Positions 24,302 to 32,000 of a DNA stretch of 32,000 nt are shown piece after piece; the stretch's first letter is position 1; each line of letters starts with the position of its first letter. Under the pieces are notes generated by a model, which had not been told where the DNA came from, did no database searches, and saw nothing but the letters and a program-made list of their open reading frames with translations. A program made the translations under genes and the position numbers. Origin of the DNA: Bdellovibrionales bacterium (GTDB lineage: Bacteria; Bdellovibrionota; Bdellovibrionia; Bdellovibrionales; UBA1609); NCBI GenBank assembly GCA_965247685.1, contig OZ252021.1, positions 450,001 to 482,000 on the forward strand, in the 5' to 3' direction.

Positions 24302-26914
24302 ATGCACGAATTAAAACAATTTTTAAGATGGCCTTTTTTTATTACTGGTATTATTGTGGTTTCTATAGGGTTTTACTTCTTTATCATTTATAAAGATCTG
24401 CCTCAAACCTACGGCTTAAAAGATTATCAACCCCCACTAATCACCTTTATTTATGATCGCAATCAAAACCTCATCGGAGAATTCTTTAAAGAAAGAAGAA
24501 CTCTTGTTCCTTCTAAAGATTTTCCTGACTATTTAGTGCAAGCTTTTATATCTGCGGAAGATGGAAATTTTTTTAACCATAGTGGAATTAACTATAAAGC
24601 TATTCTTAGAGCTTTTTTAGCCAATATCCAAGCTGGCAAGAAAGTTCAAGGAGGATCCACGATCACTCAACAGGTCGCTCGTTCTCTTTTATTGTCTAGA
24701 AAAAAAACTTATACAAGAAAATTACAAGAAGCTATTCTCGCTTTAAGAATGGAAAAACATCTCACTAAGGAAGAAATTCTTTATCTTTATTTGAATCAAA
24801 TTTATCTCGGTCATGGAGCTTATGGAGTGGGAATGGCAGCGCGTATTTATTTTAAAAAAGAAGTGAAAGATTTAACTCTTGCAGAAAGCACCTTACTGGC
24901 AGGCCTCCCTCAAGCTCCATCTCGTTTTTCTCCTATCATTAATCCTAAAAAAGCTAAAACTAGACAACTTTATGTACTGAATCGAATGTCCAAAGAGGGA
25001 TATCTTTTAGAAGAAAGGTCAAAAGAAATAAAAAAACTTCCATTAAAAGTTTACAGAAGAGAAAACTATTTCAGTAGAGCTCCTTTTTTCTTAGAAGCTA
25101 TTCGACAAATACTAATAGAAAAAATAGGAGAAGAAACTTTACTTACTGCAGGTTTAAAAATTCACACTTCTCTAGATTTAAATATACAAGAAGAAGCACA
25201 GACTCAACTTAAAAAAGGTCTCAAAGACCTTGATAAAAGACAAGGATTTAGAGGACCTCTAACAAGTATAGATTTAAGTAAGCCTGATCAATTGGATTTA
25301 TTTTTTACAAAAAGACAAAAAAAATGGATTCAAAATCAACGATCTTACTTGATTCTATCTGAGAGTGGAGAGGATAGTGTAGATTATTCTCAATTCGAAA
25401 AACTAAAAACTGGAGATCAAGTTCAAGGAGTTGTGAGAAAGGTAGAAGACGAACTCGCTTATGTGGATCTTATGTTTAATTTAAAAGGAATTATTCATCT
25501 TCAAACTACGGAATGGGCTCAAAAGCCTAACACAAAAATCAATTCTGCGTTTCGCAAACTTCAATCCATGCATGATGCTTTAAAAAAAGGAGACGTGATA
25601 CAAGTTCAGGTAGAAAACATTGAAGATCATAAACAAGTTCTTCAAAGTATCGATGAAGAACTTTTAAAAGATTATAAACTTCTCACTCTAGAACAAGAGC
25701 CTCTAGTGGAAGGAGCTTTAATCTCTTTGGATCAAAAAACACAGGATATAGTAGCCATGGTGGGAGGTTATGATTTTTCCCGCTCACAATTCAATAGAAC
25801 TTTTCAAGCTAAAAGACAAACTGGTTCAGCATTTAAACCTATTATTTATTCTGCTGCACTCGATAAAGGTTTTCTTCCAAATTCCATCATTACAGATGAG
25901 CCTGTCGTCTACGAAGACGAAGAAGCAGATCTCCTAAAAAAAGCAGATTCCTTAGATATAAATAAAGAGTTAGAAGATGATAATGAAAAACCTAGAAAAT
26001 GGAAACCCTCCAACTATTCTCAGTATTTTACTGGAGATATTTTATTTAGAAATGCTCTGATTAAATCTTTGAATGTACCTACAGTAAAATTAATTGAAGA
26101 AATTGGAATTCCATGGGTTGAATTTTATGCTCGCCGCCTTGGAGTTATCCATCACTTAAACTCAGATTACACATTAGCTTTAGGTTCCAGCTCTTTATCC
26201 TTATATGAAATGACTAAAATTTTTTCTACTTTTGGCCGTCTAGGAAAAAAAATAACACCTTTCTTAGTGCAAAAAGTTTTCCTTCCATCAAAACAGCAAT
26301 TACTTTCTTCAATAAGTTTAGATGAAAAATTCGAAGAAAAGTTGTCCTCTTTTCAAGAGGAATTTAAAAAAAGTTGGGACACTTATTGGAAAGCTAATGA
26401 AGAAGAAAGTAATATTTTTTTTAAAAACCCCGATCAGATTATCCCTCAAGAAACAGCTTATCTAATGACTTCTTTACTCAAAGGAGTTATTCAAGAAGGC
26501 ACAGGGAGAAGGGCAAAAAATTGGAATCATAGTGCAGCCGGAAAAACAGGATCCACCAATGGCTATTATGACGCTTGGTTTATCGGTTACACTCCTTATT
26601 TAGCAACAGGAGTGTGGGTTGGGTTTGACAACGAAGATAGTCTTGGACAAGGAGAAACAGGATCGAGGGCGGCCCTACCCATTTGGTATGAGTTTATGAA
26701 AAATATCCATGAATCTCTTGAGCCTATGGAATTTAATGTTCCTCCTAATATTGTTTTTGCAAATATTGATAATGATACCGGCTATTTAGCAAGCTCTTCC
26801 TCTCGTCAAGTAAGAAAGCAAGCTTTTTTAGAAGGTACAGAACCTAAAGAGCAAAATAGCAGTGCTACAGAAAGTGAAGAACAAGATTTTTTTAGAAAAG
26901 ATATGGCTTTATGA
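24302..26914 (+). CDS. mrcA: Class A penicillin-binding protein 1A (bifunctional glycosyltransferase/transpeptidase)
   Basis: 870 aa with an N-terminal TM anchor. GT51 motifs are EDGNFFNHSGI, GGSTITQQ and RKLQEA. Transpeptidase motifs are SAFKP, KSLN and KTGST. Confidence 0.9.
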   Translation: MHELKQFLRWPFFITGIIVVSIGFYFFIIYKDLPQTYGLKDYQPPLITFIYDRNQNLIGEFFKERRTLVPSKDFPDYLVQAFISAEDGNFFNHSGINYKAILRAFLANIQAGKKVQGGSTITQQVARSLLLSRKKTYTRKLQEAILALRMEKHLTKEEILYLYLNQIYLGHGAYGVGMAARIYFKKEVKDLTLAESTLLAGLPQAPSRFSPIINPKKAKTRQLYVLNRMSKEGYLLEERSKEIKKLPLKVYRRENYFSRAPFFLEAIRQILIEKIGEETLLTAGLKIHTSLDLNIQEEAQTQLKKGLKDLDKRQGFRGPLTSIDLSKPDQLDLFFTKRQKKWIQNQRSYLILSESGEDSVDYSQFEKLKTGDQVQGVVRKVEDELAYVDLMFNLKGIIHLQTTEWAQKPNTKINSAFRKLQSMHDALKKGDVIQVQVENIEDHKQVLQSIDEELLKDYKLLTLEQEPLVEGALISLDQKTQDIVAMVGGYDFSRSQFNRTFQAKRQTGSAFKPIIYSAALDKGFLPNSIITDEPVVYEDEEADLLKKADSLDINKELEDDNEKPRKWKPSNYSQYFTGDILFRNALIKSLNVPTVKLIEEIGIPWVEFYARRLGVIHHLNSDYTLALGSSSLSLYEMTKIFSTFGRLGKKITPFLVQKVFLPSKQQLLSSISLDEKFEEKLSSFQEEFKKSWDTYWKANEEESNIFFKNPDQIIPQETAYLMTSLLKGVIQEGTGRRAKNWNHSAAGKTGSTNGYYDAWFIGYTPYLATGVWVGFDNEDSLGQGETGSRAALPIWYEFMKNIHESLEPMEFNVPPNIVFANIDNDTGYLASSSSRQVRKQAFLEGTEPKEQNSSATESEEQDFFRKDMAL

Positions 26915-29703
26915 AAAAAAAACAATCTTCTGGATACATTGAAATTCGCAAAGCAGAGCAAAACAATTTAAAAAAGATCGATGTCAACATCCCTTTAGAT
27001 CAGTTCACTGTCATTTGTGGTCCTAGTGGATCAGGAAAAAGCTCTTTAGCCTTCGAAACTCTTTTTGCTGAAGGGCAAAGACGTTATACAGAAACTTTAT
27101 CCAACTATGCTCGTCAATATATTAAAGAAGCATCTAAACCTTTAATTAAAAGTATTAAAAATATCCCCCCACCAATCTTACTCAGCCAAAGAAATACTGT
27201 CCGATCTTCACGCTCCAACATTGGATCTCACTCTGAAACTTTAAACCATCTTCATATTATTTTCTCTCAAATAGGGGTCATTCAATGCCCTCAACATAAA
27301 ATTCCTCTTAAGAAGCATTCCAGTGCGGAGGCAGCTTTAGAGCTAAAAAAAAACTATCAAAGAGGGTCTTTGTTATTCCCGATAGAAAAAACAAAAAAAG
27401 AAAATAAACTATTACACAAACAATTAATTCAAGATGGTCTCACAAGAATTGGTCTTACAAAAAGAAATAAAATCAACATTCAACCCTTAAGCGATATCTC
27501 AAAGCTTCCCTCACGTTTATTTTATGTGGTAGTAGATCGTTTAGACTTCAAAGATGAAAAACGCACTTCAGACTCTGTAAGCCAATGTTATAAAAATTCT
27601 TTAAAATACAACATTCATTTTCATTCCGGTCGAGCATTAGTTTATGATGTGAATGAGAAAATAACTTTTTTTAATGAGAAACCCTCATGCCCTATCTGTT
27701 GTTTTGAGTTCCCTTTACCTTTGACTCCTTCGTTATTTAACTTCAACTCCACACTAGGAGCCTGCTCTCAATGTAAAGGTTTTGGAAATAATTTAATTAT
27801 TGACGAGAAAAAAGTGATTCCTAATATTAATCTCTCTCTTGCACAAGGTGCTTTATCCATTTTCTCAACGCCAGCTACTGCCTTAGAACGAAGACAGCTC
27901 CATTCTTTTTGCAAACAAAATAAAATCGATCTCCATACGCCATGGAAAAAACTCAATGCTCGACAGAAAAAAATGATATGGAAAGGAGGCTCTTCCTATT
28001 ATGGAGTGGAGGGGTTTTTCGATTTTTTAGAAAAAAAAAAGTACAAGATGCATGTTCGCATTTTTCTTTCTCGATTTAAAACAGCTCAAACCTGTAATGA
28101 ATGCCAAGGTCAAAGGTTGAGAGAAGAGGCGATATGGGTGAAAATCCAAAATAAAACCATATCGGATTGTTCAAAATTCACTTTATCTGAACTTCAAGAA
28201 TGGCTTCAAAATTTAAAATTAACTCATTTCGAAGAAGCATTAATCACCGAGCCTCTTAAGAGATTGAGGCAAAAAGTACGTTTTATGAATGACATTGGCC
28301 TAGGTTACCTTCATTTGAACCGCCCTATTCGAACTCTTTCTGGAGGAGAATTACAAAGATTGAATCTATCGAGCCAACTCGGGATTGGGTTTTCTCAAAT
28401 TCTCTATATTTTAGATGAACCTACTATTGGACTCCACCCTTATGACAGTCAAAGACTGCTCAATATGATTAAAGGATTACAAAAATTAGGAAATACTCTG
28501 GTGATTGTAGAGCATGATGCTTCCGTGATAGAAAGCGCACAATATATTATAGAGATGGGTCCTGGATCAGGATTTCAAGGTGGAAAAATTGTTTATAGTG
28601 GCTCGAAGGCTGATTTTTTAAAACATAAAACATCCTCGACAGCCTTATCTTTGAAGAAAAACCAGACTCTACCTCAAAAGAAACTAAATAATTCAAAAAC
28701 ATTCCTCCACCTAAAAGGATGCCATCTCCATAATTTAAAAAACATTGATGTAAGTATTCCCTTGAATAGCATTTCTGTTTGCACTGGAGTAAGTGGATCA
28801 GGAAAATCTTCGCTTGTTACTCACACCTTGAATAAAGTTTTAAAAGATATATTAGAGAAAAAACAAAAAATATCTTTGAAAAACTACTTTTTAAAAAAAA
28901 TAGAAGGGTATAATTTTATTCAAAAAATCAATCACATCGATCAATCTCCTGCAGAACAGCATTCTCGCAGTTTAATTGTGACTTACATTGGGGTTTATAA
29001 ACTGATTCGAGAATTGATAGCTTCCACTCATATGAGTCATCAAAAAGGTTTTAGAGCAGGCTCCTACAGTTTGAACATCGACGGAGGACGTTGTCCAGAA
29101 TGCCGAGGCTTAGGATACCAAGAGATTGAAATGATTTTTATGGATCCTGTTCGCCTCACTTGTGAAACCTGCAAAGGGCTTCGCTTTCAACCTTCTTTGT
29201 TAGAAGTTCGATTTAAAAATAAAAATATTCATCAAATTTTACAAATGACTGTACAAGAGGCTCTTCAATTTTTTATGCCTTTTCCTTCAATTTTCAGTGG
29301 CTTATCTGTTTTAAATAAAATTGGACTGGAATACCTCTCATTAGGACAAAGCCTTTCCTCTCTAAGCGGTGGAGAGTCTCAAAGACTTAAACTCGCCCGA
29401 GAACTGAGTTCCGGCAAAATGAAAGACAATTTATACATTTTTGACGAACCCAGTACAGGGCTGCATTTTAGAGAAATTGATATGCTCATAAAAATTTTTC
29501 AAGAATTAGTCTCTAAAGGGGCTACAGTCTTATTAGTGGAACATAATTTGCAATTGATTTCTCAGTGTGACTACATCATCGATCTCGGTCCTTTTGCTGG
29601 GGAAAGTGGAGGAAATATTGTCCAACAAGGTTTTATACATGATTTTATCAAGACCAATAAAGGGGTAACATCTCAATGCCTCCAAGAATTTTTAAGCAGA
29701 TAG
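26911..29703 (+). CDS. uvrA: Excinuclease ABC subunit A (full-length but divergent UvrA)
   Basis: 930 aa with two ABC modules: Walker A GPSGSGKSS and GVSGSGKSS, signatures LSGGELQRL and LSGGESQRLKLAREL, Walker B ILDEPTIGLH and IFDEPSTGLHF. Cys clusters are CPICCFEF...CSQCKGFG and CPECRGLG...CETCKG. ATGA overlap with mrcA. Confidence 0.85.
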   Translation: MKKKQSSGYIEIRKAEQNNLKKIDVNIPLDQFTVICGPSGSGKSSLAFETLFAEGQRRYTETLSNYARQYIKEASKPLIKSIKNIPPPILLSQRNTVRSSRSNIGSHSETLNHLHIIFSQIGVIQCPQHKIPLKKHSSAEAALELKKNYQRGSLLFPIEKTKKENKLLHKQLIQDGLTRIGLTKRNKINIQPLSDISKLPSRLFYVVVDRLDFKDEKRTSDSVSQCYKNSLKYNIHFHSGRALVYDVNEKITFFNEKPSCPICCFEFPLPLTPSLFNFNSTLGACSQCKGFGNNLIIDEKKVIPNINLSLAQGALSIFSTPATALERRQLHSFCKQNKIDLHTPWKKLNARQKKMIWKGGSSYYGVEGFFDFLEKKKYKMHVRIFLSRFKTAQTCNECQGQRLREEAIWVKIQNKTISDCSKFTLSELQEWLQNLKLTHFEEALITEPLKRLRQKVRFMNDIGLGYLHLNRPIRTLSGGELQRLNLSSQLGIGFSQILYILDEPTIGLHPYDSQRLLNMIKGLQKLGNTLVIVEHDASVIESAQYIIEMGPGSGFQGGKIVYSGSKADFLKHKTSSTALSLKKNQTLPQKKLNNSKTFLHLKGCHLHNLKNIDVSIPLNSISVCTGVSGSGKSSLVTHTLNKVLKDILEKKQKISLKNYFLKKIEGYNFIQKINHIDQSPAEQHSRSLIVTYIGVYKLIRELIASTHMSHQKGFRAGSYSLNIDGGRCPECRGLGYQEIEMIFMDPVRLTCETCKGLRFQPSLLEVRFKNKNIHQILQMTVQEALQFFMPFPSIFSGLSVLNKIGLEYLSLGQSLSSLSGGESQRLKLARELSSGKMKDNLYIFDEPSTGLHFREIDMLIKIFQELVSKGATVLLVEHNLQLISQCDYIIDLGPFAGESGGNIVQQGFIHDFIKTNKGVTSQCLQEFLSR

Positions 29704-30398
29704 AAAAATCTCCTATTTGGAACTGGTTTAAAAACTGTGCAGTTTGTGGAGCTGTTTATCCTCCAATAAAAATTTTGTGTTCATACTGCACCCAACGACT
29801 CAAAAATTTATATATTAAACCTCAGTATATGATTCGATTGCAGTCTTCATTTTTTCACGTCCGACTCATAGATTGGACTTCAAAGAATCAACTTTTTATT
29901 CGACTTTTACTGAAAAATCTAAAAGGCACCAATGATTCTTTGCTTTTTGAAATACTAGCTCAAGAGTTTTGTTTCCGTATAAGGCAATTAGAATCTATAC
30001 AAAGACTTTTTCCCTATCAAATTATCCCTTGTCCTGCAGCTCCACAAGATCGATCTCTATGGGATATTCTACTTCAAAAAAAGACCTCTCCTTTAAATGA
30101 TATAAAAGATCACAGCTTTTACTGGGCTCAAGCTCTCAGCCAAAAAATAAAATACCCTGTTGAAAATATTTTAGCCCACCCTCCTTATTACTCACTTCAA
30201 AAACACAAAGATCTCTATAATAGACAAGGGAGGAAGTTTATTTTGAACAATAAAGTGAGTCCCCATCAAAACTACATATTCACCGATGATATTGTCACCT
30301 CCGGAGCAACAGCCAAGGCGGCTTATCGTGCCTTAGGAAAACCTTCCTCTTTTATGGTTTGGAGTATTTTTTGGAAGAAAAAGGACTTTTCCTCTTAA
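29676..30398 (+). CDS. comF: ComF-family protein (phosphoribosyltransferase domain)
   Basis: 240 aa with an N-terminal Cys4 motif (CAVCGAVY...CSYC) and C-terminal PRTase motif IFTDDIVTSGATAKAA. It overlaps the uvrA end by 28 nt, and the start is uncertain. Confidence 0.7.
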   Translation: MPPRIFKQIEKSPIWNWFKNCAVCGAVYPPIKILCSYCTQRLKNLYIKPQYMIRLQSSFFHVRLIDWTSKNQLFIRLLLKNLKGTNDSLLFEILAQEFCFRIRQLESIQRLFPYQIIPCPAAPQDRSLWDILLQKKTSPLNDIKDHSFYWAQALSQKIKYPVENILAHPPYYSLQKHKDLYNRQGRKFILNNKVSPHQNYIFTDDIVTSGATAKAAYRALGKPSSFMVWSIFWKKKDFSS

Positions 30399-30428
30399 CG
30401 AGAAAAACTTAATCAAAGAATTTTTATC

Positions 30429-31061
30429 TTGAAATCCAAAAGATTCAAAACTAATACTAAAACAAGTATGCAAAATCTAGTATTTATTTTTATTGTTTTC
30501 TTCTCTTTTTTTACAAACTCTCAAGATTTAAAATCTCAAAAACAAACTCAAGCTTCAGAAATTTATAAAGTTCTGAATCACTATCAAAAGAAAGATTCTA
30601 TTGTGATGGAAATTGACAAAAAATTTTCTCAGCCTTTTTTAAAAAAAGAAACTCAATCTAAAGGAAAGTTTTATTTCTCAAAGAGTCTTTGGAGGTTAGA
30701 GCTTTTTTCCACTCAAAAAACACAAATAATCTATGATGGAAAACATATCATCTACAAATTAGGTAATAATGTATCGCATTATACCCCCTCTTCCCAGTAT
30801 AATATTTTACCATCTTTGTTTAATCAGAAAGTGTTTACCCAAACATTCAAATATCAAGAGCGGACTCAAAAAGGTCGAACTTATATTTATTCTTTCAGTG
30901 GAACTCCTCCATCTCCTCCAAAAATATCCATTCAAATTGAAAAAGACCGTATTTTAAGCCTTCTCATTCAACTTGAAGAACCTTTGGGAGAAGAATATTA
31001 TCGCTTTTCATCCATTCAGTTTAATCAAAATCTTTCTAAAAAGTTGTTTCAAGAGCCTTGA
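30429..31061 (+). CDS. LolA-like periplasmic lipoprotein-carrier family protein
   Basis: The ORF track begins at TTG 30429. ATG 30468 (MQNLVFIFIVFFSFF..., signal-peptide-like) is a more likely start. The pattern F.Q...ETQSKGKFYFSKSLWRLE....QIIYDGKHI.YK and the C-terminal Y.F..I.FN..L....F resemble LolA. Confidence 0.5.
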   Translation: MKSKRFKTNTKTSMQNLVFIFIVFFSFFTNSQDLKSQKQTQASEIYKVLNHYQKKDSIVMEIDKKFSQPFLKKETQSKGKFYFSKSLWRLELFSTQKTQIIYDGKHIIYKLGNNVSHYTPSSQYNILPSLFNQKVFTQTFKYQERTQKGRTYIYSFSGTPPSPPKISIQIEKDRILSLLIQLEEPLGEEYYRFSSIQFNQNLSKKLFQEP

Positions 31062-31103
31062 TTCCTTGCTTAACTTAGGGAATAAACAAGTAAAGAGAAT
31101 TTT

Positions 31104-32000
31104 ATGAATCTACCCCAATTATTTAAAAGAGTTCAGGAATACCTCACACAAGATATGGCTATCGATTTAGGGACAGCTAATACCTTAGTATACACAAAAT
31201 CCAAAGGCATTATTTTGAATGAACCCTCCGTAGTCGCTGTACAGAAGAATGCCGACAATCAAAACCGTGTCCTTGCTGTAGGAAAAGAAGCCAAACATAT
31301 GCTTGGTCGAACACCTGGCTCTATCATTTCTGTTCGTCCTATAAAGGATGGGGTGATTGCAGATTTTGAAATTACACAAAAAATGCTCAAATACTTTATT
31401 GATAAATCCAATAAAAACAGTCCTCGATTCATCCGCCCAAACATTATTATTTCTGTGCCTTATGGAATTACTCAAGTAGAAAAAAGAGCTGTCAAAGAAT
31501 CGGCTCTTTCTGCGGGGGCTCGTGATGTCTATCTGATCGAAGAACCTATGGCAGCTGCTATCGGGGCAGGTCTTCCAATTACAGAACCTACAGGTAACAT
31601 GATTGTGGACATTGGCGGGGGAACAACAGGTATTGCTGTGATTTCTTTAGGTGGAATTGTAGACTGCGAATCTATTAAAGTTGCTGGAGATAAATTCGAT
31701 GAATCTTTAGTTTCCTATGTCAGAAAAAAGTTCAACCTGCTCGTTGGAGAACGAACAGCCGAAAATATCAAAATTGCACTTGGAACGGCTTATCCAGGGA
31801 ATAAAGAAATCTTTATGGAAATTAAAGGACGTGACTTGATCAAAGGAACTCCTAAAACCATTGAAATCAGCAATCATCAAGTGAATGAAGCTTTGTTGGA
31901 TTGCCTCAAAGACATCATCAATGCTATTGGAAGAACTTTGGAAAAAACTCCACCGGAACTAGCTGCAGATATCGTCGATAGTGGAATTGTCCTCACAGGG
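31104..32000 (+). CDS. mreB: Rod shape-determining protein MreB (3'-truncated by the window edge)
   Basis: Absent from the ORF track because there is no stop in the window. My translation from ATG 31104 gives MNLPQLFKRVQEYLTQDMAIDLGTANTLVY...VRPIKDGVIADFE...YLIEEPMAAAIGAGL...MIVDIGGGTTGIAVISLGGIV...AADIVDSGIVLTG. That is 299 codons in frame to position 32000 with canonical actin-fold MreB motifs. Confidence 0.93.
   Translation, partial: MNLPQLFKRVQEYLTQDMAIDLGTANTLVYTKSKGIILNEPSVVAVQKNADNQNRVLAVGKEAKHMLGRTPGSIISVRPIKDGVIADFEITQKMLKYFIDKSNKNSPRFIRPNIIISVPYGITQVEKRAVKESALSAGARDVYLIEEPMAAAIGAGLPITEPTGNMIVDIGGGTTGIAVISLGGIVDCESIKVAGDKFDESLVSYVRKKFNLLVGERTAENIKIALGTAYPGNKEIFMEIKGRDLIKGTPKTIEISNHQVNEALLDCLKDIINAIGRTLEKTPPELAADIVDSGIVLTG

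Noticed and set aside
28031-28040. A10 homopolymer inside uvrA (also A9 at 26914-26922 and T9 at 3790-3798) as phase-variation switches
   Set aside because: They encode Lys runs (EKKKYK, MKKK), which are common in this AT-rich genome. All current frames are intact and there is no evidence of variability. Worth remembering only as potential sequencing-error hotspots.
23080-31475. ORFs 23080-23343, 23421-23612, 27768-27956, 30769-30957, 31185-31475 and 31259-31444
   Set aside because: Antisense or alternative-frame overlaps with pepP, uvrA, the LolA-like gene and mreB. The two at 31185-31475 lie opposite the unmistakable MreB reading frame.

Overview
AT-rich chromosomal window, roughly one-third G+C by eye. 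The gene content (Lgt, a LolA-like protein, class A PBP, MreB, 2-oxoglutarate dehydrogenase, heme A synthase) points to an aerobic diderm bacterium. I cannot assign a taxon from the sequence alone. I support 23 protein-coding genes, almost all housekeeping. They are murB-ddl; a minus-strand block sucA-sucB-[giant repeat protein]-lpdA-ctaA-dam; nrdB; an HMG-CoA lyase; maf; lgt; a secreted coiled-coil ORFan; a tightly packed plus-strand run xseA-xseB-ispA-patatin-like-pepP-mrcA-uvrA-comF; a LolA-like gene; and a 3'-truncated mreB that the ORF track misses because it runs off the window. I recognised no rRNA, tRNA, CRISPR array, transposase, integrase or restriction endonuclease. The most unusual locus is a 1275-aa secreted protein (5385-9212, minus) between sucB and lpdA. 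It consists of two paralogous modules, each a trypsin-like domain with a degenerate catalytic triad, a CX5C helix and a Sel1-repeat array. It also contains about 2.8 near-identical copies of a roughly 500-bp higher-order DNA repeat. Secondary oddities are: an orphan Dam-family methyltransferase at the tail of the suc/lpd/ctaA block; a 44-bp tandem duplication of the lgt 3' end; a Cys-containing coiled-coil secreted ORFan with several 12/15-bp in-frame tandem duplications, followed by a comparatively GC-rich region that stays open in the same frame; and a patatin-like protein whose nucleophile motif reads GxGxG instead of GxSxG. All functional calls come from motif recognition by eye. No database search was run.
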